Origin: an uncultured bacterium
Lineage (GTDB): Bacteria; Actinomycetota; Actinomycetes; Mycobacteriales; CAJCIY01
Length of the DNA stretch: 64,000 bases
Assembly: GCA_964245825.1 (NCBI GenBank)
Contig: CAXTNT010000002.1
Location: 223,728-287,727 of the forward strand
Direction of reading: 5' to 3'
A program made the translations under genes and the position numbers. Position 1 is the first letter of the stretch; each line of letters begins with the position of its first letter. Positions 35,351 through 51,300 of this stretch are shown one piece after another. The notes beneath the pieces were generated by a model. That model searched no databases. It was not told where the DNA came from and saw nothing but the letters and a program-made list of their open reading frames with translations.

Positions 35351-36676
35351 CTAGGGCGGCGGATGAGCGGTGACGGCACCGTCGGGAGCGCGGGTGAGGG
35401 TCCATCCGTCGTCATGGACCGTCGTGTGGTGGTGCGGGCAGAGCAGCACCAGGTTGCTGAGGTCGGTCGGTCCGCCGCGGGCCCAGTGCACGAGGTGGTG
35501 GGCGTCGCACCAGCCCGCCGGCCGGTCGCAGCCGGGGAACACGCAGCCGCGGTCGCGGTGGCGGAGCGCCCGGCGCTGGGCGGCGGTGACGAGGCGCTGG
35601 GTGCGGCCGGCGTCGAGGATCTGGGTGGGGAGCCCGCCGAGCGCCGGCGCGAGCTGCTGCAAGGCTCGGCGTACCAGGTCGTGGGCTTGGCCGGCGCCGC
35701 CGGTGGCGCTCTCGGTGGCGCTCGCAGTGCCGGTGGCCAGCCAACCGACGTTGGCGTCGCAACCGAGGCGTTCGGTGGCGGCCGCCGACAGCCGCCCGCC
35801 GTCGGGGAGCCGCCCCGTCCCCAGCCCGGGGCCGTGCCCGGCGGTGAGGTCGACAAGGACGGTGAGCTGCGGTCGCTGCCCGCCGTGTGTGGGCAGCTGG
35901 TCTGGGGTCAGGAGCCGCCGGGCGGCCTCGGCGAGGGCGTCGGCACGGCGCTGGGCGGCAGTGCGCAGGTCGGGCAGGCCGTCGGCCTCGGGTCGAGGCG
36001 CGGATAGCGGGTCGAGCACGGCCTGCAGGGTCGCGCCCGCTTCGACGGTCAGGAGGGCGTCGAGCGCGTAGTGGTCGCCGCAGCGGGACAGGTGCAGCCT
36101 GCGGCCGGCATGAGCGGCGGCCTGACGGGCGGCGGCGGGGTCGTCCTGCCCGTCTGCGTACGCCTCAGCAGCGTGTTCGCACACCGCCTCGGCGACCTGG
36201 CCCGCCGCGTCGACACCGAGCGTGGTGGCCGCCTCGGCGACGAGAGGCTCGGCGGCGTCGAACGCGGCAGGGGCGAGGGTGGCGGTGGCGCGGGCGATGA
36301 CCCGGGCGTGCCCGACACTCAGCCGCCCGGTCTCGAGCAGCTCGGCGGTGGTGGTCAGCGGCCGCAGGTCGCCCGAGTGCAGGCGGCGGGCGAGCCGGAC
36401 GTCGGCCGCGGCCGACCGCGCCGGGCACCGGGTGTGGCGACGCACCCAGGCAGCGGTGGAGGCGGACCCGTCGGCGGCGGCGACCCCGGCGCCGTCGAGC
36501 GCGGCGAGCCAGCGCAGGCCGACGACCTCGAGCTGGTCGACGAGCCGACGCAGGGCCAGGTAGTCGTCGCCAAGGGTGGTGCCGACGCCAGTGGTGGGTT
36601 CGTCGAGCACCGCGAGTGCGCTGCCCACCCGCCGTACCAGATCCTGCGTCGAACACATGTTCGAATCATACCGCAT
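35351..36676 (-). CDS. DUF222 plus HNH endonuclease protein (REP13E12-like selfish element gene)
   Basis: An N-terminal DUF222 domain and a C-terminal HNH motif (CVFPGCDRPAGWCDAHHLVHWARGGPTDLSNLVLLCPHHH). It interrupts the hut operon on the opposite strand. The start is uncertain (two nearby ATGs). Confidence 0.8.
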   Translation of the reverse strand: MRYDSNMCSTQDLVRRVGSALAVLDEPTTGVGTTLGDDYLALRRLVDQLEVVGLRWLAALDGAGVAAADGSASTAAWVRRHTRCPARSAAADVRLARRLHSGDLRPLTTTAELLETGRLSVGHARVIARATATLAPAAFDAAEPLVAEAATTLGVDAAGQVAEAVCEHAAEAYADGQDDPAAARQAAAHAGRRLHLSRCGDHYALDALLTVEAGATLQAVLDPLSAPRPEADGLPDLRTAAQRRADALAEAARRLLTPDQLPTHGGQRPQLTVLVDLTAGHGPGLGTGRLPDGGRLSAAATERLGCDANVGWLATGTASATESATGGAGQAHDLVRRALQQLAPALGGLPTQILDAGRTQRLVTAAQRRALRHRDRGCVFPGCDRPAGWCDAHHLVHWARGGPTDLSNLVLLCPHHHTTVHDDGWTLTRAPDGAVTAHPPP

Positions 36677-36779
36677 GACGTAGCCACCGAGTGGCGAAAC
36701 CCTTGTGGATAAAGGCGTTGTGCGGCTGAACGAAGCAACCGGTCCCACGTGATCGAATGCCGCAGGAACTCCGCCGCAG

Positions 36780-37178
36780 CTACAGGCTCACCGACACGGC
36801 GTACCTCAGGCCGTCTGCATTCGTGACGGCGACCGTGAATTGCGCACGCAAGGGGTGGATGCCGACGGCTGCCAGCCGCCCATCCTGCGTCTTTGCGCTC
36901 TCGACAATGGTGGCGGCGCCGCTCGGAACCTCGATGGTCGCCCCCTTCGTGCATCCGCGGGCGAGGCGGAGATAGATCCCCGCGCCTGACGTTCCGGTGT
37001 CGATGGTCACCGGCCCCTGCGAGGCGTCCTCGATGTTCGCTCCGGCGGGCGTGTCGTTGAGAACCTGGCCACACACCTTGAGCGGCGGCGCCGCATTGAT
37101 GACGGAACGTGAACTGGCGCACGCCGAGACGCTCGCCACGACCAGGACGGAGGCAAGGAAACCTGCTCGGACCGTCAT
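36780..37178 (-). CDS. Small lipoprotein (signal peptide plus lipobox VSAC)
   Basis: The C-terminal 132 aa of the 470-aa ORF: [23 protein letters not shown].... The upstream 338 aa of that ORF are antisense to hutU. Confidence 0.55.
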   Translation of the reverse strand: MTVRAGFLASVLVVASVSACASSRSVINAAPPLKVCGQVLNDTPAGANIEDASQGPVTIDTGTSGAGIYLRLARGCTKGATIEVPSGAATIVESAKTQDGRLAAVGIHPLRAQFTVAVTNADGLRYAVSVSL

Positions 37179-37292
37179 CGGCCGCGCGCATACCCGTCGC
37201 GCGCCGTCGCCGTCGGACACGTGATCAACGCTACGCGCCCCGGTGCGACCGGGCAGACTGCAGACCCGGCCCGCTGGCGTAAGGAGATCGGA

Positions 37293-38941
<1,649 letters not shown>

Positions 38942-38945
<4 letters not shown>

Positions 38946-40105
38946 GCTTCGACCGGCTGTGGTCGGAGCTGGCCCCGATCGGCCGGGCCGCCTCGGGCGG
39001 CTACCGGCGGTACGCCTGGACCGCCGCCGATCTGGCTCTGCGCGAGTGGTTCGCCGGGGCCGCCGCGGACCGCGGGATGGACCTCGTCGTGGACCGCTGT
39101 GGCAACCAGTGGGCCTGGTGGGGCTCGTCCGGCAAGCCGGGCGTGGTCGTCGGCTCGCACCTCGACTCGGTGCCCGACGGCGGCGCGTACGACGGGCCGC
39201 TCGGCGTGGTCTCCGCGTTCCTGGCCGTGGATGCCCTGCGAGGCAAGGGGTTTCGGCCGTCCCGTCCCGTCGGCGTCGTCTGCTTCGGCGACGAGGAGGG
39301 CGCGCGCTTCGGTGTCGCGTGCGCGGGGTCGCGGCTGCTCACCGGCACCCTGGACGCCGCTCGCGGCCTCGGGCTCCGCGACGGCGACGGGGTGTCGATG
39401 GGCGAGGCCATGGGCGCCGCGGGCGTCGCGGCGGACGCTGTCGGGCGCGACGAGGAGGTCCTCGCCCGGGTCGGCACGTTCGTCGAGCTGCACGTCGAGC
39501 AGGGCCGTGGCCTCGTCGAGCTGGCGCGCCCGGTCGCGGTTGGCTCCGCCATCGTGGCGCACGGGCGGTGGCGCCTGGACCTGCTCGGCGAGGCCAACCA
39601 CGCCGGGACGACGCGCCTGGCCGACCGGGCCGACCCGATGCTCGCGCTGGCGGCGTCGGTGCTCGCCGCCCGCGCCGCGGCCACTGCGCACGGCTGCGTC
39701 GCGACCGTGGGGAAGGTCGCCGTCGAGCCCAACGGGGTGAACGCCATTCCGTCGCGGGTCACCGCGTGGCTGGACGCCCGGGGCGCCGCACCCGCGGCGG
39801 TGCGCGCCGTGGTCGAGGCCGTCGCTGCGGCCGGCGGGGCGGCCGCGGTCGAGGAGTCCTGGAGCCCCGCGGTGTCCTTCGACGACGGGCTGGTCGGCCG
39901 TTTCGCCGGGCTGCTCGACAACGCCCCGGTGCTGGGTACGGGCGCCGGCCACGACGCCGGGATCCTCGCTGCCGCAGGCATTCCCGCCGCGATGCTCTTC
40001 GTGCGCAACCCGACCGGGGTGTCGCACTCACCGGCCGAGCACGCCGAGCGCGACGACTGCCTGGCGGGTGTGGACGCGCTGACCACGGTGCTGGCGGCAC
40101 TGTGA
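38942..40105 (+). CDS. M20-family Zn-dependent amidohydrolase (allantoate amidohydrolase/N-carbamoyl-L-amino-acid hydrolase-like), a probable hut-pathway hydrolase
   Basis: The M20/AllC family metal-ligand pattern ([23 protein letters not shown]). It overlaps hutU and hutF by 4 nt each. Confidence 0.8.
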
Positions 40106-41403
40106 GCGCGTGGTGGGCGGCGCAGGCGATCCTGCCGACCGGCCTCGCCGCGGACGTGCGCTTCGAGGCCGCCGGTGGCCGGTTCACCGCCGTCGTTCCC
40201 GGCGTCCCGGCCGCCGGCGCGGCGATCCTGCCCGGCGTGGCGCTGCCCGGGTTCGCGGACGTCCACGGCCACGCCTTCCACCGCGCCCTCCGTGGGCGTA
40301 CGCACGACGGGAACGGCACCTTCTGGACCTGGCGCGACCGGATGTACGGCCTGGCCGGCCGCCTCGACCCGGACGGATACCTCGCGCTGGCGCGGGCGAC
40401 GTACGCGGAGCTGGCGCTGGGCGGGGTCACCACCGTCGGCGAGTTCCACTACCTGCACCACGGCCCCGGCGGGGTCCCGTACGCCGACCCCCAGGCCATG
40501 GCCGAGGCGCTGCGGCAGGCGGCCCGGGAGGCGGGCGTCCGTCTCACCCTGCTGGATGCCTGCTACCTCAGCGCCGGGCTCCGCGGCGAGGAGCTGAGCG
40601 AGGTGCAGCGACGCTTCGCCGACCCGGACGTCGACGCGTGGGCCGCGCGGGTCGCCGGGCTGCGGGACGACCGGGGGATGCGGGTGGGGGTGGCGGCGCA
40701 CTCGGTCCGCGCCGTACCCCGGGAGGCGCTGCCGACGGTGGTCGCCGCCGCCGCGGGCCGGCCGCTGCACGCGCACCTGTCGGAGCAGCCGGCCGAGAAC
40801 GCGGAGTGCGCCGCCGCATACGGCCTAAGCCCGACCCAGATCCTCGACGCCGCAGGCTTTCTCGGCCCGGCCGCGGTGCTGGTGCACGCCACCCACCTCG
40901 GCGCCGACGACATCGCGACGCTCGGGAGCCGGCGCAGCGGCGTCTGCGCCTGCCCGAGCACCGAGCGCGACCTCGCTGACGGGATCGGACCGCTGCGCGC
41001 CCTTGCCGACGCCGGCGTGCGCCTCAGCCTGGGCAGCGATCAGCACGTGGCCGCCGACCTGCTCGGCGAGGGGCAGGCGCTGGAGGCCGGCGAACGGCTG
41101 ATGTCCCTGCGGCGCGGGCGTTTCTCGCCTGCCGAGATCCTGGCGGCGATGACCGCCCACGACGCCCTCGGCTGGGACGGTGCGGGACTGCTGGCCGCGG
41201 GCGCCCGCGCCGACCTGGTCGCTGTCCGGCTGGACACCCCGCGGACGGCCGGCATCGACCCGGCCCAGGTGGTGTTGACGGCCGGTGCGCAGGACGTGGA
41301 CACGGTGATCGTCGAGGGGCGCACCGTGGTCGCCGGCGGCCGGCACCTGCTGGGCGACGTGGGTGCCCTGCTCGGCGCGGCGATCGGGCCGCTGTGGCCG
41401 TGA
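40102..41403 (+). CDS. hutF: Formimidoylglutamate deiminase (amidohydrolase superfamily)
   Basis: A GTGA overlap with the upstream gene. It has the metal-dependent hydrolase motifs ([27 protein letters not shown]). Confidence 0.8.
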   Translation: MSAWWAAQAILPTGLAADVRFEAAGGRFTAVVPGVPAAGAAILPGVALPGFADVHGHAFHRALRGRTHDGNGTFWTWRDRMYGLAGRLDPDGYLALARATYAELALGGVTTVGEFHYLHHGPGGVPYADPQAMAEALRQAAREAGVRLTLLDACYLSAGLRGEELSEVQRRFADPDVDAWAARVAGLRDDRGMRVGVAAHSVRAVPREALPTVVAAAAGRPLHAHLSEQPAENAECAAAYGLSPTQILDAAGFLGPAAVLVHATHLGADDIATLGSRRSGVCACPSTERDLADGIGPLRALADAGVRLSLGSDQHVAADLLGEGQALEAGERLMSLRRGRFSPAEILAAMTAHDALGWDGAGLLAAGARADLVAVRLDTPRTAGIDPAQVVLTAGAQDVDTVIVEGRTVVAGGRHLLGDVGALLGAAIGPLWP

Positions 41404-42533
41404 GCACGGCCGTCGTCGGCATCGCCGAGCTGACGACGCACAACGATCTCGGCACGCTGCGCGACGCCGCCGTCGTCGCCGAGGCCGGCGTGATCACCTG
41501 GCTCGGGCCGGCGCGTGAGGTCCCGCCGGCCGACCGGCAGGTCGACCTCGGCGGCCGGGCCGTGGTCCCGGGTTTCGTCGACAGCCACACCCACCTCGTC
41601 TTCGCCGGGGACCGGTCCGCCGAGTTCGCGGCCAGGATGAGCGGCGAGGCGTACGACGGCGGTGGCATCGCGGCGACGGTGGCGGCGACCTCCGCGGCCG
41701 GCGACGCGGAGCTCGAAGTCCTGCTGGCACAGCGCATCTCGGCGATGCGGCAGAGCGGCACGACCACCGTCGAGATCAAGTCCGGCTACGGCCTGAGCAT
41801 CGCGGCAGAGCGGCGGCTGCTGTCGATCGCCCACGGCCGGACGCCAGAGACGACCTTCCTCGGTGCGCACGTCGTCCCCGCCGGCGTCGACCGCGCCGAG
41901 TACGTCCGCACGGTCACCGGGGCGATGCTCGAGGCCTGCGCGCCGCTGGCCCGCTGGGTCGACGTGTTCTGCGAGCCGGCATCCGCCCACGCCTTCGACG
42001 GGGACGAGGCGCGGGCGGTGCTGCTGGCCGGCGCGGCCGCGGGCCTGGGGCTCCGGGTGCACGGCAACCAGCTGTCGGCGGGCCCGGGCGTCCGCCTCGC
42101 GGTGGAGCTGGGTGCCGCGAGCGTCGACCACTGCTCGCACCTCGTGGCGGCAGATGTGGATGCGCTGGCCGCCGGCACGACCGTGGCGACCCTGCTGCCC
42201 GCGGTGGAGTTCTGCGGGCGCACGCCCTATCCGGACGCGCGCCGGCTGCTGGAGGCCGGGGTGACCGTCGCGCTCGCCACCGACTGCAACCCGGGGACGG
42301 CGTACACCTCCTCGATGCCGTTCGTCATCGCGCTGGCCGTCCGCGAGCTCGGCATGACCCCGGCAGAGGCGCTGTGGTCGGCCACCGCCGGGGGCGCGAA
42401 AGCCCTGCGGCGCAGCGACATCGGGACGATCCGGGTGGGCGGGCAGGCCGACCTGACCGTGGTCGACGGGCCGTCCTTCGTGCACCTCGCCTACCGCCCC
42501 GGCATGCCGGTCGCCCGCGCTCTCGAGCTGTAG
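41394..42533 (+). CDS. hutI: Imidazolonepropionase
   Basis: HutI-family blocks ([34 protein letters not shown]). A GTG start overlaps the hutF stop. Confidence 0.85.
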   Translation: MAVSTAVVGIAELTTHNDLGTLRDAAVVAEAGVITWLGPAREVPPADRQVDLGGRAVVPGFVDSHTHLVFAGDRSAEFAARMSGEAYDGGGIAATVAATSAAGDAELEVLLAQRISAMRQSGTTTVEIKSGYGLSIAAERRLLSIAHGRTPETTFLGAHVVPAGVDRAEYVRTVTGAMLEACAPLARWVDVFCEPASAHAFDGDEARAVLLAGAAAGLGLRVHGNQLSAGPGVRLAVELGAASVDHCSHLVAADVDALAAGTTVATLLPAVEFCGRTPYPDARRLLEAGVTVALATDCNPGTAYTSSMPFVIALAVRELGMTPAEALWSATAGGAKALRRSDIGTIRVGGQADLTVVDGPSFVHLAYRPGMPVARALEL

Positions 42534-42534
42534 G

Positions 42535-43686
42535 TCAGAGACCGAGCTCGCGGGCGATCAGCATGAGCTGGACCTCGGTCGTGCCCTCGCCGATCTCGAG
42601 GATCTTGCTGTCGCGGTAGTGCCGCGCCACCGGGTAGTCGTTCATGAAGCCATAGCCGCCGTGCACCTGGGTCGCGTCGCGGGCGTTGTCCATCGCGGCC
42701 TCGCCGGCGACGAGCTTGGCGATCGAGGCCTGCTTCTTGAACGGCAGCCCGGCGAGCATCCGCGCGGCCGCGTCGTAGTAGGCGGTCCGGGCCGCGTGCA
42801 CCCGGGCCTCCATCCGCGCGATCTTGAAGGCGACGGCCTGGTACGCGCCGATCGGCCGGCCGAAGGCCTCGCGCTCGCGGGCGTACTGCACGCTCTCCTC
42901 GACGCACCCCTGGGCCGCGCCGACGCCGAGCGCCGCGATCGCGATGCGGCCCTCGTCGAGGATCTGCAGGAAGTTGGCGTACCCGCGGCCGCGCTCGCCC
43001 AGCAGGTTCGCCGCGGGGACGGCGACGTCGTCGAACGACAGCGGGTGGGTGTCGGAGGCGTGCCAGCCGACCTTGCTGTACGCCGGCCCCACGCCGAACC
43101 CGGCCGTCGGGACCGGGACGAGGATCGCGCTGATCTCCTTGCCGCCGCCCGCGGTCGTGCCGGTGACGGCGGTGACCGTCACCAGCCGCGTGAGGTCCGT
43201 GCCGGAGTTGGTGATGAAAGCCTTGCTGCCGTTGACGATCCACTGCCCGTCGCGCAGCTCGGCCGTGGTCCGGGTGCCGCCCGCGTCGCTGCCGGCCCCG
43301 GGCTCGGTGAGCCCGAACGCCCCCAGCGCGCTGCCGCTGCACAGCCGCGGCAGCCACTGCTCGCGCTGCGCGTCGGTCCCGAAGCGGTAGATCGGCATCG
43401 CGCCGAGCGACACGCCGGCCTCGAGCGTGATGGCGACGCTCTGGTCCACCCGTGCCAGCTCCTCGATCGCGAGACAGAGGGCGAAGTAGTCACCGCCCAT
43501 GCCGCCGTGCTCTTCGGGGAACGGCAGCCCGAACAGCCCCAGCTCCCCCATCTGCCGGACGACCTCGTACGGGAACGTCGCGGTCCGGTCGTGGTGGGCC
43601 GCGACCGGGGCGACGACATCGCGGGCGAAGGCCTCGACGGTCTTGCGCAGCTGGGCCTGCTCGTCGGTGAGCCGGGTGTCGAGCAT
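42535..43686 (-). CDS. Acyl-CoA dehydrogenase, probable isovaleryl-CoA dehydrogenase of the leucine catabolic cluster
   Basis: 383 aa from the internal ATG ([10 protein letters not shown]...). It has ACAD blocks (GLTEPGAGSDAGG, QVHGGYGFMNDYP, catalytic E near the C-terminus). It is the first gene downstream of MCC/HMG-CoA lyase on the same strand. Confidence 0.8.
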   Translation of the reverse strand: MLDTRLTDEQAQLRKTVEAFARDVVAPVAAHHDRTATFPYEVVRQMGELGLFGLPFPEEHGGMGGDYFALCLAIEELARVDQSVAITLEAGVSLGAMPIYRFGTDAQREQWLPRLCSGSALGAFGLTEPGAGSDAGGTRTTAELRDGQWIVNGSKAFITNSGTDLTRLVTVTAVTGTTAGGGKEISAILVPVPTAGFGVGPAYSKVGWHASDTHPLSFDDVAVPAANLLGERGRGYANFLQILDEGRIAIAALGVGAAQGCVEESVQYAREREAFGRPIGAYQAVAFKIARMEARVHAARTAYYDAAARMLAGLPFKKQASIAKLVAGEAAMDNARDATQVHGGYGFMNDYPVARHYRDSKILEIGEGTTEVQLMLIARELGL

Positions 43687-44612
43687 CAGGACTCCTGCGG
43701 GGGCGTGAGCGCGGTGAGGGTACGGGAGGGGCTGGGGCGCCCGAGCTGCGCGGCCATCCAGAGGCTGGTCTCCACCAGCGCGGCGAGGTCCACGCCGGTG
43801 TCGATGCCCAGTCCGTGCAGCTGCCAGACGAGGTCCTCGGTGGCGAGGTTGCCGGTCGCGCTGCCGGCGTACGGGCATCCGCCCAGGCCACCCGCCGCCG
43901 CGTCGACGACGGTGACTCCGGCCTGCAGCGCGGTGAGGGTGTTGGCCAGCGCCTGACCGTAGGTGTCGTGGAAGTGGACGGCGAGCCGGTCGACACCGAG
44001 TCCCCGCTCCCCCAGCAGCTCCAGCAGCGCGGCGACCTGCCCGGGCGTCCCGACGCCGATGGTGTCACCGAGGCTGATCTCGGTGCAGCCCAGCTCGGCC
44101 AGCCGCTCCGCCACGGCGGCCACCTGCGGCAGCGGGACGTCGCCCTCCCAGGGGTCGCCGAAGCACATGGACACGTACCCGCGGACGGGCAGCCCGGCGC
44201 CGCGGGCCGCGGCGACCACCGGGGCGAACATCTCGAGGGACTCCGCCACCGTGCGGTTGAGGTTGCGGCGGGCGAAGCTCTCGGTGGCGCTGGCGAACAC
44301 GGCGACCTCCCGTGCGCCGCAGGCCAGTGCCCGGTCCAGCCCGCGCATGTTCGGGACCAGCACCGGCGCCCGCGGCGGCTGCTGTGGCAGGAGGGCGAGC
44401 AGCTCCTCGGCGTCGCCGAGCTGCGGGATCCACGCGCGCGGGACGAAGCTGGTCAGCTCGATCGTGCGCAGACCCGCGGCCATCAGCCGCCGGACGAGCT
44501 CGGCCTTGACGGCGACCGGCACGATGGTCGACTCGTTCTGCAGGCCGTCGCGGGGCCCGACCTCGTAGATCTCGACGTGGGCCGGCAGACCGGGCAGCGG
44601 GCTGGCGCTCAT
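43686..44612 (-). CDS. Hydroxymethylglutaryl-CoA lyase
   Basis: 308 aa from the internal ATG. It has a DRE-TIM lyase fold ([31 protein letters not shown]). There are 4-nt overlaps on both sides. Confidence 0.85.
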   Translation of the reverse strand: MSASPLPGLPAHVEIYEVGPRDGLQNESTIVPVAVKAELVRRLMAAGLRTIELTSFVPRAWIPQLGDAEELLALLPQQPPRAPVLVPNMRGLDRALACGAREVAVFASATESFARRNLNRTVAESLEMFAPVVAAARGAGLPVRGYVSMCFGDPWEGDVPLPQVAAVAERLAELGCTEISLGDTIGVGTPGQVAALLELLGERGLGVDRLAVHFHDTYGQALANTLTALQAGVTVVDAAAGGLGGCPYAGSATGNLATEDLVWQLHGLGIDTGVDLAALVETSLWMAAQLGRPSPSRTLTALTPPQES

Positions 44613-46578
44613 GCGTCCGCCGGGGAGTGCACGGTGGCCAGGTGCTGGCCGACGACGACCTGGTCGCCGAGCCGGACGAGCACGTCGACGGCGCCGCCGA
44701 CCGCTGCCCGCAGGGTGTGCTCCATCTTCATCGCCTCGACGGCGAGCAGGGCCGTACCGGCCTCGACCGTGTCCCCGGTGCGCACGTGCACGGCGACGAC
44801 CGAGCCGGGCATCGGGCTGCGGACCTCGGCATCCCCGCGCACCGCGGCGGTGCGCAGCGCGAGCGGAGGGGCCGTGGCGACGGCGGTCGTCGTCCCGTCG
44901 ACGGCGACCCACGTCGTGTCGCCGTCGACGGCAAGCAGCACCGGGACCATCCGGCCGTCGACGGTCAGCAGCAGCCCGTCCGGCTGCGCCCGCGCGGAGA
45001 CCTCGTACGCCACCTCGCCGACCCGGACCTGCGCCTGCGCCGGGCCGCCGGTCACCGAGACCCGCAGCCGCTCGCCGGACCGCAGCACGTCCCAGCGCAC
45101 GGCCGGCCGCCCCGACAGCCGCCAGCCGACGAGCTCCGTCCACGGGCTGCCCGGCCGGCTCAGCGCGCCGACGCGGTGCATCGCGGCGGCGACCACGGGA
45201 AGGTCCGCCGGCCCGGCGGGTAGCAGGTCCGCGAGGGAGCGCTCGAGCAGGCCCGTGTCCAGGCGGCCGGCCCGGACCTCGGGGTGGGCCAGCAGCGCCC
45301 GCAGGAACGCGATGTTGGTGCCGACCCCGAGCAGCACGGTCTGGGCCAGTGCGGTGTCGAGCCGGGCCAGCGCCGTCGCCCGGTCCGGTGCCCAGGCGAT
45401 CACCTTGGCCAGCATCGGGTCGTACGCGGAGCCCACCGCCGCGCCCACCAGCAGCGAGCTGTCCACCCGGATGCCCTCGCCCTCCGGCTCGCGCAGCAGC
45501 AGCGCGGTCCCGCCGGTCGGCAGGAACCCGGCCGCGGGATCCTCCGCATACACCCGCGCCTCGACCGCGTGCCCGCTCAGCCGCACGTCGTCCTGCCCGA
45601 ACGCCAGCGGCTCACCGGCGGCGACCAGCAGCTGCTGCTCGACCAGATCCAGCCCGGTGACCAGCTCGGTCACCGGGTGCTCGACTTGGAGCCGCGTGTT
45701 CATCTCCATGAACAGCGGCTCGTCGGGGGCCTCGCCGGGGACGATGAACTCCACGGTGCCGACGCCGACGTAGCCGACGGCCCGGGCGGTCGCGACGGCG
45801 AGTTCGCCGTAGCGGTCGCGCTGCGCCGGGCTCAGCAGCGGCGACGGCGCCTCCTCGACCACCTTCTGGTGCCGGCGCTGCAGCGAGCACTCCCGCTCGC
45901 CGAGGTGCACCGTCGTGTCGTGGGTGTCGGCCAGAACCTGCACCTCGATGTGCCGTGGCCGCGGCACGAACCGCTCCAGGAACAGGGTGTCATCGCCGAA
46001 GCTGGCCGCCGCCTCCCGCCGTGCGCTCGCCAGCGCCGGGCCGAGGTCGGCGGCTCGTTCGACCAGGCGCATGCCCTTCCCGCCGCCACCGGCCGAGGGC
46101 TTGACCAGCACCGGGTAGCCGACCTCCTCGGCCGCGACGCGGAGGTCGGCGTCACGCATGCCGGGCTCGCTGCGCCCGGGGACCACCGGCACGCCCGCCG
46201 CCGCGACGGTCTGCTTGGCGCGGATCTTGTCGCCCATCACCTCGATGGCCGCCGGGGACGGCCCGATGAACACCAGCCCGGCCTCCGCGCAGGCCCGCGC
46301 GAAACCGGCGTTCTCGGCGAGGAAGCCGTACCCCGGGTGCACCGCCTGCGCGCCGGTCCCCTCGGCGGCCGCGAGCAGCCGCTCGATGCTCAGGTACGAC
46401 TCCCGCGCGGCCGCCGGCCCGAGGCGCACCGCGACGTCCGCGGCGCGGACGTGCCGGGCGCCGTCGTCGGCGTCGCTGTAGACGGCGACCGACCGGAGGC
46501 CCAGCCGGCGCAGGGTGCGGATCACCCGTACCGCGATCTCGCCGCGGTTGGCCACCAGCACCGTCTCGAACACGCCCG

Positions 46579-46582
<4 letters not shown>
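44609..46582 (-). CDS. Methylcrotonoyl-CoA carboxylase alpha subunit (biotin carboxylase plus BCCP)
   Basis: A GTG start overlapping the MCCB stop. It has biotin-carboxylase blocks ([34 protein letters not shown]) and a C-terminal biotinylation motif (EAMKME). The 430 aa upstream in the 1087-aa ORF are antisense junk. Confidence 0.85.
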
Positions 46583-48183
<1,601 letters not shown>

Positions 48184-48378
48184 GCCGACCTTCCTCGCCG
48201 CCGCGCCTCTTTCTCGGCAGACTAGGTGACCCGGATGCGGCGCCCCGGCTCTGGACGCTGCGCCGAGCTGACCGGCATCGATACCCTCCGCTCCGGCGGG
48301 TGGGGTTGCGTCGGCGATCTGGCAGTGCCAGGGTCGGGCTCGCTGGAGACGATCTTCGTCTGCCGCGCAGGAGGAGAC

Positions 48379-51300
48379 ATGGCCCTCGCCCGACGCAGGT
48401 CCCGGCTCATCGGAGCGGTCGTCGTCGCGACCGCGGTGGGCACTCTCGTCCCGTTCCTCGCCAGTCCGTCAGCCCGGGCGGCCACCGTGGCGGGCGCCGC
48501 GTCCGCCAAGCCTGTCCTCGTCGTGCTGCGCGACCAGCTCACGGCGAGTCCCGCCACCAGGGCCCACCTGGGTTCGCGCCGTACGCAGTCCTCCGCCGAC
48601 CAGAACGCCGTCCTGGCTCGGCTCGCCGGCCGCGGGCTCCGGGCGGGCGCGGTGAAGCACTACGTCGTCGGCAATGCGTTCTCCCTCAGCGCGACGCCCG
48701 CCCAGATCGCTGCCCTGACCGCAGATCCGGCCGTCGCCGCGGTCGTCCCCGACGTCACGATCAGCCGCCCGGCCCCCGCGAGCGACGCGGCAGCGGTCAA
48801 GACCGTCACCCCGGCGGCCGCGCCCGTGAAGGCCGCCGCCGGCAGGACCGCACGTGTCGCACCTGCACTGGGCACACCGCCGAGCTCGGCCATCTGCCCG
48901 ACTGACCCGTCCCAGCCGCTGCTCGAGCCGGAGGCGCTCGCGGACACCCACGACGCATCCGACGACCCGGAGGCCCCGACGGCCCAGCAGCTCACCACGG
49001 GGTCGGGCGTCACCGTCGGCTACATCGCCGACGGGATCGACCCCGACAACCCGGACTTCATCCGCGCCGACGGCTCCCACGTGATCATCGACTACCAGGC
49101 GTTCTCGGCCGATGGACCGGACCCCAGCGCGGGGGGTGAGGAGGCCTACGGAGACGCGTCCTCGATCGCCGCACAGGGCCTCGTGTCGCATGACCTGTCG
49201 AGCTTCGTGAACCCTGCCTATCCCCTGCCGGCCGGGTGCAACATCCGCATTCTCGGCATGGCGCCCGGCGCGAGCATCGTGGCGCTGAAGACCGACTTCT
49301 CGACCCTGTCGATCGTGCAGGCGATCGACTACGCCGTGAGCACCGACCATGTCGAGGTCCTGAACGAGTCCTTCGGCGGCGATCCGGTGCCCGACTCCTC
49401 CGCCCGGCAGGCGATCGACCTCTTCAACGACATGGCGGTCGCCGCCGGCACCACGGTGACCGTCTCGGCCGGTGACGCCGGCACCACCAGCACGATCGGC
49501 AACCCGGCGACCGATCCGCAGGTCATCTCGGTCGCTGCGAGCACCATCAACCAGGCCTACGCGCAGATCGGGTACGCCGGCGCCCGTACCTTCACAAACT
49601 CGACCTGGACGAACGACGAGATCTCCTCGTTCTCCTCGGGTGGTTTCACCCAGAGCGGAGGCACCGTCGACCTGACTGCTCCCGGCGAGTCCGGCTGGGC
49701 CGCCTGCGACCCCAACGTCTGCGGCGACTATGCAGGCACCGGCTCGGACATCCAGATGTTCGGCGGGACGAGCGAGTCGGCGCCGCTGACGGCCGGTGCC
49801 GCGGCGCTGGTCATCTCGGCCTACCGCTCGACGCACGCCGGTGCCTCACCCACCCCTGCCGTCGTCAAGCAGCTGCTGACCAGCACCGCCACCGACCTCG
49901 GCCTGCCCGCATTCGAGCAGGGTTCGGGGCTGCTCGACGCCCGCGCAGCGGTCGAGGCGGCACTCACCTATCCGGGCGGTACGGCGGCTCCGGCGGAAGT
50001 CAGCTCGAACATCGCGCTGTCGACGACGCAGCTCGACTGGGCGGGCGCGGCGGGCGGCTCGCACACTGCGACGGTCGGCGTCCGCGACGTCGGCGTCGCG
50101 CCGCTCACCGTGACCACGGGCACGCGAGACCTGACCCAGACCGCGGTCCAGACGCAGACCGCGACGCTCGACCCGAGCACCGACCCGACCTTCCCCTATG
50201 TCAACGGGGCGCCGCAGGCGTACACGCAGCTGTCTTTCGACGTACCGGCCGGGACCGATCGGGCTGCGCTGCAGATGTCCTGGCCGGGCGCGGGATCGAG
50301 GGTGGTCCGGCTCACCGTGGTCGACCCGTTCGGCTCCTTCGTCACCAACAGCCGCCCCCAGGGCTACGCCGACTACGCCAACGTCGACATCCGGGAACCG
50401 ATTTCCGGTACGTACACCGCGATCCTCTACACGCCCGCGAGCAGCGCCGGCTTCAGCGGTCAGGTCCAGCTGCGGACCACGTTCCAACAGGACGCCCCGG
50501 TCGGCCAGGTCACCCCGGCGACGCTGTCGTTGCAACCGGGCCAGTCCAAGAATTTCAAGGTCACGATCCCGACCCCCGCCAGCGGCGGCGACACCTCGTA
50601 CGCCGTCACCGTCGCCAGCTCCGACGGGCATCAGACCGCGATCCCGGTCGTCGTCCGGACGCTGATCCCCACACCCGGCGGGTCCGGGAGCTTTGGCGGC
50701 ACCATCACCGGCGGCAACGGGCGCAGCGCCATCGCGACACAGACCTTCTCCTATGCGTTCGACGTCCCCAGGACGGCGCCGGGGGTCAGCGTCGGGGTCA
50801 CCCTCGCCGGTGACGCGGGCTACACACTCGAGGGCGTACTCGTCGACCCCAACGGTGAGACGCAGGCCATCGACAGCAATGAGGTTCCCGACGGCAACGG
50901 CAACATCGTGAGCCGGGGGCTCACGCTCCAGCTCACCTCGGCGAGACCCGTCCACGGGCGCTGGCGACTCGTCCTCCTCGTCGTGAACCCGGTGCCGGGC
51001 GACGCCCTGGAGCAGGACTTCACCGGCACCGTGAGCTTCGAGACCGACGGGGTCGCCCCGACCGGCATCCCGAACTCAGCGCACACCAAGCTGGCAGCCG
51101 GCGTCCCGGTCACCGGGCAGGTGGCGGTCACCAACACCGGGATCGAGCCGCTGGAGGTCCAGCTCGACCCGCGGACCCGCGCGCTGCAGACACTCTCGCT
51201 GGTGTCTCCCTTCGGCCCTCAGACGTTCAATCTGCCTGGCGGCGAGGCACCGATCTTCCTCGTCCCGCCCAGGACGACCAGCATCACGGCAACTGCCACG

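Noticed and set aside
38959-41403. An 814-aa ORF covering the M20 hydrolase and hutF
   Set aside because: The N-terminal ~380 aa are an Arg/Gly-rich alternate frame of the M20 gene. The real gene (hutF) starts at the GTG at 40102.
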